A stretch of 50,045 nt of DNA, counting the filler, from an uncultured virus (IMG/VR IMGVR_UViG_2061766007_000581) (taxonomy: Duplodnaviria > Heunggongvirae > Uroviricota > Caudoviricetes). It is 2 parts of one record of this genome, joined end to end, with 100 filler letters (N's around TTAATTAATTAA, not from the genome) between each part and the next. Parts side by side here need not be neighbours in the genome. Positions count along the whole stretch, not along the records: positions 21,465 to 50,045 come from IMGVR_UViG_2061766007_000581; 1 more part is not named here. The stretch is one strand, 5' to 3'. The notes below the pieces were generated by a model. It saw only the letters and a program-made list of their open reading frames with translations. It made no database searches and was not told the DNA's origin. A program made the position numbers and the translations under genes. Positions 29,533 to 40,288 of this stretch are shown here, piece after piece. Position 1 is the stretch's first letter. Every line of letters begins with the position of its first letter.

Positions 29533-32500
29533 ATGACAGATGATATTCCCTCCACTGATGCAGGAAAGGCACGCGAAGGCATGGTGGATGAGCTCAAGAC
29601 GATCAACAAGTACGAGGAGATGGCCGATGAGGCTCAGAACCCCGTTGTGGCTGACACACTGAAGGAAGTCGCTGATGATGAGAGAGTGCATGTAGGCAAT
29701 TTCGGTGCGCTTGTAGCCGAGGAAGACCCTAAGGCGGTACCGAAGATGATGGAAGGTATCGAAGAGACCGAGAAAGATACGGGAATAAGGGTCATGAAGA
29801 GGAGTTTCCAGAAGGCCGGAAAGAGGAAAAAGTTCTGGGATGCCAATGTATATGACCTTTCAGGTTGGAAGAAGGGTGAGGACGGCTATTGGTACAGGCC
29901 CGGATATCCTGACGAGGTGCCTCCTGCCAAACAGGGCAGGGCAGCAGGCGACGGAATACTCAAGATGATCAAGGAGAAGGAGAAGAAGGAAAAGGAATGG
30001 GAAGCAAAGGTCAAAGAGCTGGACGAGTCCGGTTATTTCGACGGTGACGGCCCCATATCCAACCTTGTGAAGCCCAAGAATCTCCAGCCGATCAAGCCTC
30101 TGCCTAAAGGACAGATGAAGATCGACGATTTCAACAAATCGAAAGGCATAGATGCGCTCATCGATGCGAATATCGCATTCAAGAAGGCCGAATCCGAGGG
30201 AGACACGGAGTTCACCAAGGCACGCCGCGATGATATGTGGACGACGGATGAGTACGGTGACACGATACCCACTCAGAATGTGGGAATTGACCCCGAATTC
30301 GACCCCAAGGACGATCTTCAGAGCAAATACGATAAGACATTGGAACTCATCGAGGAACTCAAGCCCAGGATCAACGGGATCATCCCCCTGATGTCCCCTC
30401 AGAAGAAGGATGAATTCGTCCAGCAGTTGGTCGACGCGAAGAATGTGATGCCCTTCATGGAAAAGATCGACAGGATGCACCCCGATGACCTCGAATATAT
30501 CGAGAACGGATTCGCAAGGCTCGCCAAGGGCAAAGGGCTCGACGGCGGCACGATCTCCATGATAACGAAACTCATCCAGATGGCCAAAGGAGCCAATGAG
30601 AGAGATCTTGCCATGTTCGACCGTGCCACAAGGAGTGAACAGGCACTTAGGAAGCAGCTCAAGGACATTTCTGAAGAATCCGAGGCAAAACAGACTGGCC
30701 CCCGTGATGAGAACGATCCCGCTGTGCTCGCCACCAAGGCGGATAACCAGACTCAGATGAATAAGAGGACACTTGCCGACATTGCAAGGATCATCGATGA
30801 GAATGGCGGTATCGACGCCGTTGCGGATATGATCAAAGGAGCCACAAGACGCGGAGAAGGCGTTCCCGCAGATGTTTCCTCGCATGAGGCGAGGGTCGCA
30901 CTCGTCAGGGAGCTCATGGATACGCCCAGCGCATATGATTGGAAGTTCGAAGGCCCTGCAAAGGACGATCTGGACCAGAAAGTCGCTGAATACAGTCAGA
31001 GAGTAGCCACCAGAGCGAATGCTCTCAGGGAACGCAACAAACAACGCAGTGAGAAGAAGAAAACGAAGGCAGAACAGATGGATGAGTTCCTCTCACCGGA
31101 GGAGAAGATCGCCAGGGAAATACCTGTCCATCACATCAATCCGAATACGGGAGAATACGATGAGAATGAGTGGTACGACACCAATGTTGTGGACAACATG
31201 TACTACACACCGTCTGGAATGATCTTCAATCCTTACAATTATGACATTTCGGACGATAATATCGGTGACCGTGTGACCGCAATGAGGAACACCAAGGGCG
31301 GAGAGTACGGCAGACCTTCCAAGATCTGGCTCCAAGCCATCAGAAATGCCCTTGGTGACGGCGGAGAAGCACTTACCAATGAGACACTGGAATCCGCCAG
31401 AGGATTCCCCACCGATACCTTCCTGTCGCGCGGCGGAAAGATGGACACTCTCGGTGCACTTCAAAAGATGGGTATAGAGACGGTCGGTGATCTTCGCAAA
31501 TTGATCAATACATGGGGCGGCCTGTATAAGAAGACCCTTGACCCGTATCTTGGAAAACAAATACCTTCGAACGCCTGGACAGAGATCTTCCCCAAGGAAA
31601 CAAGGGATGCATATCTGGATACAAGGACAGACCTCAGTGATGAGGACAAGGAATATGTCAGAGGAAATCTTGCAGGATTCGGGGGTGTCGGCCCCAATTC
31701 AAATCTGGGTAGATTGAAAGAGAGGATCGCCAACCTGCCGGATGATCTTCATCTGCCTTTCAACCCTACACACCCTGAGATGGATAAGACTGATGATGCC
31801 AGGGCCGCATATGAGCAGTGGATCAGGAACAGTTTCAACAAGACCAATGATGTGGCAATGGGGCACTTCTACAGTGTTCTCGGAACGATCGATGATGCAT
31901 TCAAGGTCGTCAACGATCCCAATTCCACACTTCCTGCCAGACAGGCAGCGATCGCCAAGGCCAGGAAAGCAGTCACGGATTACGAGAACAACATCAATTC
32001 CGATGGAGTGCCTGATGATAGCATCGCAAGGAATCCCTTCGGCATGCAGCTCATCCAGTATCTGAGGGGCAAGAGCGAATCTCAGCCCACAGACAGCAAG
32101 GATGCAGGCATGATCAGGCAGCTTCTCGGAGATTGGGCTGAGGCCGCAGAGGATAAGCTCGTACGTTCCATCTACAATATGGGTATTTCTTCCCAGAGCA
32201 AAGCCGTCGAAGAGAAGGCCAGACCTTTACTCGACAAGTATAACGACATGTTGTATGCCGTGGCGAACGTCGACAACTTCGACGAGTATCCTCCGCTTGT
32301 GCAGAGAGCATTGAAGGATATGGCCAGAAGGCTCGGTAATTCTTCAGGTATCGATCCGAATACCGGTCAGAATGATGGTCTGCCACCCGGCATCCTCTAT
32401 ACTTACAATGTCAGGACCAAGGACTCACCCGAGTATAACGCATACCTTGATGAGAAGGGCACACACCTCGGTAAACCGTACATCAATGTGAACTATCTGT

Positions 32501-34020
32501 ACAGTGACAAGTTCAAGGAGTACGGTCTGCCGATGCTCGAAGAGCTTTCCAAGCATGTGGACAACGGTCACTTCGACAAGCAGAGCTACTACCTGGGTGA
32601 GTTGGAGGATATCGAGGCACCGCAAAAACTTGCCAGCGACATCATCACCAACTATGGAGTAAGGAAGCAGTTCGCAGAGATGGTCAGTGACGTCGATCTC
32701 GAGACCGCGGAGTTCCTTGCCAACTCCGATCCTCAGGAATTGTATGAGAATTACAACGTTCTGCAGGACGTCGTCAGAAAGACCGTCATGGCCAAGCCTA
32801 CCGAGATGTACGAGCTGATGGCACAGCGCGAGGGCTATGCCGGGCCTCAGCGTAACTTCGCCGACGCCAATGCAGAGCTCTATCTCGAGAAAGGAGAGGA
32901 CTATGCCAGCGATAAGATCGCAGGAGACAAGGAAGGCGCGACAGGTGTCCCGAAATACATCTCCGAGGATGAAGGCGGTTCAGGTGTGGGCTTCAGACAG
33001 CTGAAGAGAGAGACCGATGAGGCCAAAGGCATCACGGAAAAGCCGATCAAGGGATACATGAACAAGGTCGTTCCCGAAGATGCTGAAGACGCCAAGATCA
33101 ACTTCGAGGACTTCGTCGAGAGAAGGGTCGACGCTGTCAAGAATGCCCTCAGATCCGCAGATAAGCTTCAGGGTATCATCATTCGTCCCTCGGGCGACGT
33201 AGATGATGCAGTCATCATCGGCCCCGAGGATATCTTTGATGACCCTGAGAAGTTCTACGAGGATCTCGAGAAGGACTTCTGGCCCACATACGAGAAGCTG
33301 GCACAGTATATGCACAACAGAGGTGCGATCATGCCCGGCGACGATGTCGCAGACATCGAGGCCGATGACGGCAGGGCACTTCGTGAAGTCATCGCCGCGG
33401 TCAACAACGAGCCGAGGATGAAACTCGATCAGACAGCTCAGACATCTGACAGGTTCAAGACGGAGATGGAGCCCGAGGTCGGAGAGTATAAAGAACCGGA
33501 ACCTGCGAAGGCAGACCAGTGGTGGTTGGATACACCTTACAAGGACTATAGGAAGGAGAAGGCCAAGGAAGAGGGCGGCCCCCGTAAACTCAAAAGGATA
33601 TCCGACCAGGTCGTGGACAAGGAAGCCGTCGATGCGGAGAAGAGAAGCTATGAGGACTTCCTTGCCCGCCAGGCAGAACGCAAGGCCCAGGTGGAGAAAG
33701 AACGCGCTGAGATGGAGGCAAGACTTGCAGCTCCCGCAGAGACAGAGGTCGCTGAAGAGGAGGTCGTTGATACACCTGAGGAAGAAAAGGAAGACCTCGA
33801 GGTCGAAGAGGTGACAAAGTCCGCCAACACGGTCACATCAAGGCCTTCGATCCGCTTCCAGCGTTCCTCGAAAGAAGAGAACTTCGATGACCTCGCCTTC
33901 GACCCTCATGACAGAAGTGAGAACTTCGACCCCTCGAAGTTCAAAACGGTCAAAAAGGAAGTTCAGGGCAGTAAGCGTACAGACATAGATTCTCTGATCT
34001 TTGGACGCCAAAAACAGTGA
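29533..34020 (+). CDS. Giant acidic protein with N-terminal ferritin-like motif; putative internal virion protein
   Basis: 1495 aa, ungapped; DELKTINKYEEMADE...EVADDERVHVG matches the ferritin/rubrerythrin-like E..Y...ExxH pattern. Confidence 0.7.
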   Translation: MTDDIPSTDAGKAREGMVDELKTINKYEEMADEAQNPVVADTLKEVADDERVHVGNFGALVAEEDPKAVPKMMEGIEETEKDTGIRVMKRSFQKAGKRKKFWDANVYDLSGWKKGEDGYWYRPGYPDEVPPAKQGRAAGDGILKMIKEKEKKEKEWEAKVKELDESGYFDGDGPISNLVKPKNLQPIKPLPKGQMKIDDFNKSKGIDALIDANIAFKKAESEGDTEFTKARRDDMWTTDEYGDTIPTQNVGIDPEFDPKDDLQSKYDKTLELIEELKPRINGIIPLMSPQKKDEFVQQLVDAKNVMPFMEKIDRMHPDDLEYIENGFARLAKGKGLDGGTISMITKLIQMAKGANERDLAMFDRATRSEQALRKQLKDISEESEAKQTGPRDENDPAVLATKADNQTQMNKRTLADIARIIDENGGIDAVADMIKGATRRGEGVPADVSSHEARVALVRELMDTPSAYDWKFEGPAKDDLDQKVAEYSQRVATRANALRERNKQRSEKKKTKAEQMDEFLSPEEKIAREIPVHHINPNTGEYDENEWYDTNVVDNMYYTPSGMIFNPYNYDISDDNIGDRVTAMRNTKGGEYGRPSKIWLQAIRNALGDGGEALTNETLESARGFPTDTFLSRGGKMDTLGALQKMGIETVGDLRKLINTWGGLYKKTLDPYLGKQIPSNAWTEIFPKETRDAYLDTRTDLSDEDKEYVRGNLAGFGGVGPNSNLGRLKERIANLPDDLHLPFNPTHPEMDKTDDARAAYEQWIRNSFNKTNDVAMGHFYSVLGTIDDAFKVVNDPNSTLPARQAAIAKARKAVTDYENNINSDGVPDDSIARNPFGMQLIQYLRGKSESQPTDSKDAGMIRQLLGDWAEAAEDKLVRSIYNMGISSQSKAVEEKARPLLDKYNDMLYAVANVDNFDEYPPLVQRALKDMARRLGNSSGIDPNTGQNDGLPPGILYTYNVRTKDSPEYNAYLDEKGTHLGKPYINVNYLYSDKFKEYGLPMLEELSKHVDNGHFDKQSYYLGELEDIEAPQKLASDIITNYGVRKQFAEMVSDVDLETAEFLANSDPQELYENYNVLQDVVRKTVMAKPTEMYELMAQREGYAGPQRNFADANAELYLEKGEDYASDKIAGDKEGATGVPKYISEDEGGSGVGFRQLKRETDEAKGITEKPIKGYMNKVVPEDAEDAKINFEDFVERRVDAVKNALRSADKLQGIIIRPSGDVDDAVIIGPEDIFDDPEKFYEDLEKDFWPTYEKLAQYMHNRGAIMPGDDVADIEADDGRALREVIAAVNNEPRMKLDQTAQTSDRFKTEMEPEVGEYKEPEPAKADQWWLDTPYKDYRKEKAKEEGGPRKLKRISDQVVDKEAVDAEKRSYEDFLARQAERKAQVEKERAEMEARLAAPAETEVAEEEVVDTPEEEKEDLEVEEVTKSANTVTSRPSIRFQRSSKEENFDDLAFDPHDRSENFDPSKFKTVKKEVQGSKRTDIDSLIFGRQKQ

Positions 34021-34023
34021 AAC

Positions 34024-34060
34024 TATTTAAGTTCCCATAGATATGCCCTATCTATGGGAA
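34024..34060 (+). promoter_or_regulatory. TATA box plus perfect 12-bp inverted repeat covering the start codon
   Basis: TATTTAAG 34024-34031; TTCCCATAGATA-tgccc-TATCTATGGGAA 34032-34060. Confidence 0.55.
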
Positions 34061-34539
34061 CCAAACATTATGACGAAAGCTTCAGACAAGCCCTTGATTC
34101 AGAGGTAAGACGCAACATCTTCACAAATGCCCGCACCCTTGATACCAAGATGCTTCTCCGCAGTGTCGACGCGGAAGAGGTGAATAAGGCCCGTTTGGGC
34201 AGGATGTTCAGAGAATCCGCCATGATCACCCGCATGTCAAAGAATGACATGGAGGAGGAATGGAGGCAAAAACAGCTCAGTCGTACGAATCTGAAGTACG
34301 GCACCAACGCTTTCGAGTTCTCTCTCGGGGATATGAACCGTCTCCCCGTTCTGTACTACAATACATACGGTGAGGGGCACAACGGTTCGCCCTGTATCGA
34401 TAACGATGAGGAATGGACCTGCCCCCATTGCCATAGGAAATACGTTTCCACCCTTGCCACACTGCCCGAGTATTGTCAGGTATGTGGTGAGACCACACCG
34501 ATGGGCAGGATGATCGAGGATGGTGTCCTTAGGAGATAA
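34054..34539 (+). CDS. Hypothetical protein with C-terminal Zn-ribbon
   Basis: CPHC...CQVC. Confidence 0.7.
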   Translation: MGTKHYDESFRQALDSEVRRNIFTNARTLDTKMLLRSVDAEEVNKARLGRMFRESAMITRMSKNDMEEEWRQKQLSRTNLKYGTNAFEFSLGDMNRLPVLYYNTYGEGHNGSPCIDNDEEWTCPHCHRKYVSTLATLPEYCQVCGETTPMGRMIEDGVLRR

Positions 34540-34541
34540 GC

Positions 34542-34976
34542 ATGGTATTCGTCAAATCGATGAAAGAACGCCCCGGGGCATCCACCAGAGAAGCTCAGCA
34601 GGCTCGTAAAAGGCGTGAGCTCACCGAATTGGTGGATGCACTCTTCAATTCCCCTGTCGTCAGACCGGGGGACAATGAAGACATTGTGGAACTCGACGGA
34701 GAAACACCGATCTCGGAGATCATCGGCAAACCTATTGACGTCCAGACTATGATGCTTATCAAATTATCGGATCTGGTCATAAAGAAGGGTGATGTGAGGG
34801 CATTCGAAGCACTCTGTAAATACGGCGGCAAGGAACCTGCCAAGAATGCCAATCTCAAGATCGAGATGCCTCAGTATTCCGATGCCATCCCGGACGATGT
34901 CCGCCTTCTGCTCCAGCAGGAAGAGGAAGAGCTGGCACTTCTCTCGTCAGAGGATGACGAGGAAGAGGAGGAGTAA
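34542..34976 (+). CDS. Putative terminase small subunit
   Basis: Directly upstream of TerL; RKRR...L and KGDVRAF motifs typical of TerS-like proteins; acidic tail. Confidence 0.55.
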   Translation: MVFVKSMKERPGASTREAQQARKRRELTELVDALFNSPVVRPGDNEDIVELDGETPISEIIGKPIDVQTMMLIKLSDLVIKKGDVRAFEALCKYGGKEPAKNANLKIEMPQYSDAIPDDVRLLLQQEEEELALLSSEDDEEEEE

Positions 34977-36391
34977 TGCCGAAGATACCCACTGTCGAGG
35001 AAGAGCCCATAATATCCCCCTCGACGCTGGTATCCAAGGCATACCTCCTGCCGTGGTATTCTAAGAAACAGAACATCGTCATCAAAGGATCGAAGGGTTC
35101 GGGTAAGTCCAAATTCGTCAGTCTCTGGATCATCTACGAGATGATGAAGCCGGAGAACGCACAGGCGAACACCCTGGTGGTCAGGCAGGTCTACGAGACG
35201 TTATCGCAGTCATGTTATGTCGATCTGCTCTGGGCGATCGAGAGACTGCATGTGGGCCACCTGTGGGAACATACGCGCTCACCTCTCCATCTCGTCTACA
35301 AGCCCACTGGCCAGGAGATCATATTCAGAGGGTTCGACGACCCTATCAAACTGGCTTCGATCAACGTCCTGCACGGATACCTGTGCTGGATATGGTTCGA
35401 GGAGGCCACACAGATCGACAGCTATGAGGATGTCGAGATATTGCTGGCATCGATCCGTGCCATCCCGCCCGAGTCCGGTGTAAGGAAGAGATTCATGTAT
35501 ACATTCAACCCCTGGTCGGATCAGCATTGGCTCAAGAAGAAGTTCTTCGATAAGGAATCACCCAAGACCCTGGCGATGACCACGACGTATCGTGATAATC
35601 CGTATTTCACTGATGACGATCGCAGATTCTATGAGGAATTGAAGGAATCCGGCTCTAAACTTGCCCCTGTCATCTGTGACGGGGAATGGGGAATCATCGA
35701 GGGACTGATCTATGACAATTGGGAAGTTGAAGACTTTGATGTGACCGAGATCGCAGATCGTATCAACATCAGATTCGCATACGGTCTCGACTTCGGTTAT
35801 GCCACATCGTATACGGCATTCGTCGCTGCTTTAGTCGATCCGAAATCATATGACATCTGGATCTATGACCAGTTATACGAGAAGGAGATGACGAACATCG
35901 ACATCGCCAAGCGTCTGACGCAGATGGGTTACGCCAATGAGCGCATCATCGCCGATTGTGCCGAGCCGAAGTCGATCATGGAACTTCGCGGCGGCTTCCT
36001 GGAACAGAACAAGGACGGCAGCACGGTCAGATACAGCGTGCCTAACGTGGTACAGGCCAGAAAGGGTGCCGATTCGATCAATAACGGCATATCTCGTATC
36101 CAGATGTATAAGATACACGTACTTCCGAGGTGCAAGGATGTCATAACGGAGCTGTCGTGCTACAGTTGGGAGATCAATAAGCAAGGCGAGTATACAGGAA
36201 GGCCGATAAAGAAGTTTGATCACGCGATGGACGCCCTCAGGTACCTAATGGAACCATTCCTTTCACTTGCAAGAGGTTTCGTTGCAGAAGCGAAGGGAAT
36301 CGACGGATACACACCCAAGCCAAAACCCTCTGTTGTATCTGTAAATAACCATTCCTTCCATGCAAAGCGTATTTTTTCCACACATGAATAA
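34976..36391 (+). CDS. terL: Terminase large subunit, PBSX family
   Basis: Walker A GSKGSGKS, Walker B WFEEA, TFNP, GLDFG, DHAMDALRY nuclease motifs. Confidence 0.95.
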   Translation: MPKIPTVEEEPIISPSTLVSKAYLLPWYSKKQNIVIKGSKGSGKSKFVSLWIIYEMMKPENAQANTLVVRQVYETLSQSCYVDLLWAIERLHVGHLWEHTRSPLHLVYKPTGQEIIFRGFDDPIKLASINVLHGYLCWIWFEEATQIDSYEDVEILLASIRAIPPESGVRKRFMYTFNPWSDQHWLKKKFFDKESPKTLAMTTTYRDNPYFTDDDRRFYEELKESGSKLAPVICDGEWGIIEGLIYDNWEVEDFDVTEIADRINIRFAYGLDFGYATSYTAFVAALVDPKSYDIWIYDQLYEKEMTNIDIAKRLTQMGYANERIIADCAEPKSIMELRGGFLEQNKDGSTVRYSVPNVVQARKGADSINNGISRIQMYKIHVLPRCKDVITELSCYSWEINKQGEYTGRPIKKFDHAMDALRYLMEPFLSLARGFVAEAKGIDGYTPKPKPSVVSVNNHSFHAKRIFSTHE

Positions 36392-36435
36392 CAAGGGTTA
36401 ATAAACAACGATAATGTTATAAGGAGCGATCACAC

Positions 36436-38074
36436 ATGCCTATCCTCACACCTCCAAGAATTTCATCGACAAGTAAGGGATTTGTCAAGTCCGTTAACCT
36501 TCCCGAAGACCCGCTTTCCATGCTTTTCCACGGAACCAACGTGAATATGGACGCAATGTTCGGAAAAGAAGGCGAAGACGGCAAACCCAATAGATTCGCA
36601 GTAGGCAACACCGACCGTCCCACGGACATAACATTCCGTGTGACCATGGACAACAATTGGTGGTTCATGTATGCGAGGATGTACCAGTATAGGCAGGAGG
36701 TCTCCGTTCTTTCCACCATCGTTTCCCGTTCGGTCGATGAACTTACGCGTTACGATCTGAAATGGGAGCCCAAATTTGCCAAGAAATGTACGAATCCGAC
36801 GTGCGGATATGAAGCGAAGACGATGATCGACAAGTGTCCGATCTGCGGCGGTACAGACTTCATAAGGCCTGATGCCGGCCAACCTGAAAGATATTTCAAG
36901 AGACCGAACGGCAAATCATTCCTCGAGGAGGCGAACAATTCCGGTCAGTCCCTCAAGGACGTCATCAGATCCTATGCGGAGATGCAGTATCTCTGCAACC
37001 AGGGGTATGTATTGTGTGTGGCAGGTGACCAATACGATCCCGAGACCGGTCTGCTGACCAAGGACAAGGACGGGAACGACAACAAATACCCTATTGAATT
37101 CCTCTCACTGGACCCTGTCAAGGTTCAGATACTCTTCGACGATTCCGGAACCCCCGGGCGCACCAAGGCATTCACCATGGAGGACAGGCATCGCGCATAT
37201 GANNNNNNNNNNGGATCATTGGTTCAGACCGTCGCTCACATACGGTATTCCCATCTGGTTCGATATCGATGATGATCTCCAGACCTTCCACTATCTCGAA
37301 AAGCACTTCCTCAAGAAATACAAGTTCGGTTATGTCCGTAAGATCCTCGTCCTCCCCGGTTTCGGCGATGACGCTGTCGAGGAGATTACCAAGGGAATCA
37401 CGGATGTCCTTGCAACCAATGATAACTCGATCCCTATCGTCTGTACGCCCCCGCAGTTGTCGGGTGTTGCGGAGATGAGGGCTCAGACCCTTGATCTCGG
37501 TACCGAGAACTCACAGGACGCTCTGTCCGTCAAGAACGATATCCGTGACAGGCTGTGTGCACACATCGGTGTGCCCAACCTGTTCGCAGGTGACGTAGAG
37601 CAGTCAGGCGGTATGAACAACGAGAGCCAGCAGATCACTGTCTATGACAGATATCTGATGGGTAAGATGTCATTCATCGACAGGATGTGTGCATGGATCC
37701 AGAGCTGGTTCCCCCAGATCACCGACTGGACACTCAAGCTCGACAGGCCCACCAAAGCAATGGCAGATGCCAAGAAGAGACTGGACAAGATCCAGGAGGC
37801 TCAGCAGATGAAACAGATGGGCTTCGATGTGGAGTGGGTGGACGGAGAGTTCCACTACTCCGAGATGCCTGTCGACCAGATGCAGCGCAAACAGCAGGAA
37901 GAGCAGGCCATGCAGCAGCAGGCCGGAGGGGCCCAGGGCCTCGAGGCGATGCTCGGCGGCATATTGCCCGGAGATGGCGAAGGACCCCCGGAAAACGGGA
38001 GTGCCAGACGTGAGGACGCAGAGCTCAATGCCTCCAAAGACGAGGTAGAACAATCAATGAGAGAGGCTCTATGA
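36436..38074 (+). CDS. Portal protein (gap at 37203-37212) with Zn-ribbon insertion
   Basis: Follows TerL; YG.P.W motif, RDRLCAHIGVPNLFAG...GGMNNESQQITV typical of portals. Confidence 0.75.
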
Positions 38075-38715
38075 TCGAGACCACTCTCGAGGATTTTGCA
38101 AAGAATCCCGAGCTGATCGCAGCACTCAGGGAGCAGTTGGAATCAGCCATAGGCATGGATCAGGAACAGATGGGCGTCGACATCGATTGCCCTTATGCAC
38201 AATACGTGGAATTCGGTTCCGATCCGTTCCCCCATCCGGGTAACGTCACGTCTCATGTGAAGGACCCGGTGTGCGGGGACGAGGTCACCGAAGTGAATCT
38301 GAGGATAAGAGAGTGGGCGCAATCAAAGTTCAATCTCGACGATGAAGGCAGGAAGAAACGCGGCGATGCGTTGTATCATAAGATCATGGACGAGGGGATG
38401 CAGCCCACACCGTTCATACGCGTCGCAAGATACGTTGTCACCGCAGATATGAACGAACATCCCGACAGATATTTCCAGCAGGATAAGAACACCAGCGAAC
38501 TTGTCGCCAACGAGCTTGCCGCGCAGATGGCATATGCACTCAATGCGAACAAGTCCATCGTGACAGGCGACCTGATGAGGGGTATCCGCGTCGTGAGACT
38601 GACAGATATAGAAGGCAAGCCAGAACCCGAGGATCTCAAGGAGATTCCCGAATATGTTTGGGAAGATGTCAGTCTGGATAGGCACGGTAACAAGATCAAA
38701 CCGAAGAATAGGTGA
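38071..38715 (+). CDS. HK97 gp10-like head-tail/neck protein
   Basis: YAQYVEFGS and GMQPTPFIR motifs. Confidence 0.55.
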   Translation: MIETTLEDFAKNPELIAALREQLESAIGMDQEQMGVDIDCPYAQYVEFGSDPFPHPGNVTSHVKDPVCGDEVTEVNLRIREWAQSKFNLDDEGRKKRGDALYHKIMDEGMQPTPFIRVARYVVTADMNEHPDRYFQQDKNTSELVANELAAQMAYALNANKSIVTGDLMRGIRVVRLTDIEGKPEPEDLKEIPEYVWEDVSLDRHGNKIKPKNR

Positions 38716-38722
38716 GTGTAAC

Positions 38723-39239
38723 ATGAAGAAGGGCGAGATGGATGTATGGAAAGCACTCTCCGATAATCGCGGAGAATGGATATCGTTGAATAAACTCTGT
38801 TTCTCGACAGGGATGAGCCGCCGTCAGCTGGCCTCCAGAGTGGCGAAGATGGGTCTGAAGTATGTGACCTCCGAAGTGGATAACAAGGACATATACTACC
38901 GTCTGGATTGCTCTCTCGAAGAAGCTACGGATGAGGCAGTAAGGCTTCTCGCGGCATTCTACAGATGCAAGAAGGAGGATGTCAGACATGTCATNNNNNN
39001 NNNNAGCCGTCAGACTTCTCGCGGCATTCTACAGATGCAAGAAGGAGGATGTCAGACATGTCATCGATTCCATTTCCATAGCGGGAACGATGACGCTGGA
39101 TGAACTCGCTGTGGGAACGCCTTTTACAGTCAGGAATGTTGCATACATATTGTACATGACCCCGTGCATAGTGATGACGAAATACGGGTCAAGGAACAGA
39201 TATTACAAGGTGATGGACGATGTACCAGTCTATATTTGA
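38723..39239 (+). CDS. Putative winged-HTH DNA-binding protein (gap-duplicated)
   Basis: AGGTGA RBS; WISLNKLCFSTGMSRRQL and MTLDELAVGT HTH-like segments. Confidence 0.45.
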
Positions 39240-40248
39240 ATTGCCCACGCAGGTGCTTGGTTCTCTCAACGAAGAGGATTGCATGAAATGGATGCAGGCA
39301 TACAACAGCCGCAAGCCCATGACAGATAAGGATGCGAAAGACGCCAAGAGATATGCCTGGCACGCTGTCGAGAACGCCCCATCATCATTCTCATTCAAGG
39401 CGATAGCCTCCACAGATACGATCGACAAGGCCAGAGACATCATCGATCTGGATACTGTCAAAGAACACATGGATGCACTCATCGATCGCGGCGGCAATAT
39501 CCAGAACGACCATCACAACTACACTGTCGGCACCATCTGGGATTGGAAGCCCTGTAAGATCAGGGTCGGCCCCAAGGATGTGGATGCCGTTACGGTCTGG
39601 GGAAATCTTTTCGGTGGTAATACCAAGGGCGATGTGTACAACAACACACGCAAGGCATTCGTCGACGGGATGAACTCCCTTTCAATAGCGGGGAACGCGG
39701 CCAAGGGCAAATATCAGTGCGATGAGCGCGGATGCTACACCAGACGCATGGTCGATCAGCTCATGGAAGTGTCCATCACCACGAATCCGATGAATACATA
39801 TTGCACGCTCCAGTGGTATAACGAATCCGCACCCATCGCCAAGTCCGCATCGACATTGAACATGGGCCTGGTCGAATATGAAGTGCATAAAGATGAAACG
39901 ACCTGCCCTTACCTGTCATTGAAGAGATCCCTGATCGATGCGGGCTTCCAGAATGTGCACGCGCGCGAGGATGGTGTCCACCTCTCTTCAACCACACCCC
40001 TCTCATTCTGCCGTTCTCAGGCACATTTGGATAGATACGGCCTCATTGGCAGGTATGACGGCACCGACATGGTGATCAATGACAGAGCACACTACATCGA
40101 GAAATCATTCAAGGAGTGCCACAAGGCAGGATATTGCGATGATGACGGTGCATTCACCAAGAGCATGCCTGAGGACAGGTTCAAGGAGTTCGCATCGTAC
40201 GGTGTGGTGGAGGAGAAGAACGGAGTGTTCAGATTCGTCAGACCATGA
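39220..40248 (+). CDS. Prohead (capsid maturation) protease with N-terminal ChaB-like domain
   Basis: AS.D.IDK..D, H...VG, SLSIAG, LMEVSITTNPMN motifs; N-terminal ELP.QV...WMQAYNS...AW.AV. Confidence 0.8.
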   Translation: MYQSIFELPTQVLGSLNEEDCMKWMQAYNSRKPMTDKDAKDAKRYAWHAVENAPSSFSFKAIASTDTIDKARDIIDLDTVKEHMDALIDRGGNIQNDHHNYTVGTIWDWKPCKIRVGPKDVDAVTVWGNLFGGNTKGDVYNNTRKAFVDGMNSLSIAGNAAKGKYQCDERGCYTRRMVDQLMEVSITTNPMNTYCTLQWYNESAPIAKSASTLNMGLVEYEVHKDETTCPYLSLKRSLIDAGFQNVHAREDGVHLSSTTPLSFCRSQAHLDRYGLIGRYDGTDMVINDRAHYIEKSFKECHKAGYCDDDGAFTKSMPEDRFKEFASYGVVEEKNGVFRFVRP

Positions 40249-40288
40249 ACGCTTTTTATACTCACAACAAAATAGGAAAGGCGATAAA

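Noticed and set aside
29860..31044. 394-aa minus-strand ORF and similar antisense ORFs (e.g. 40816-41604)
   Set aside because: Shadow frames of strongly biased plus-strand genes
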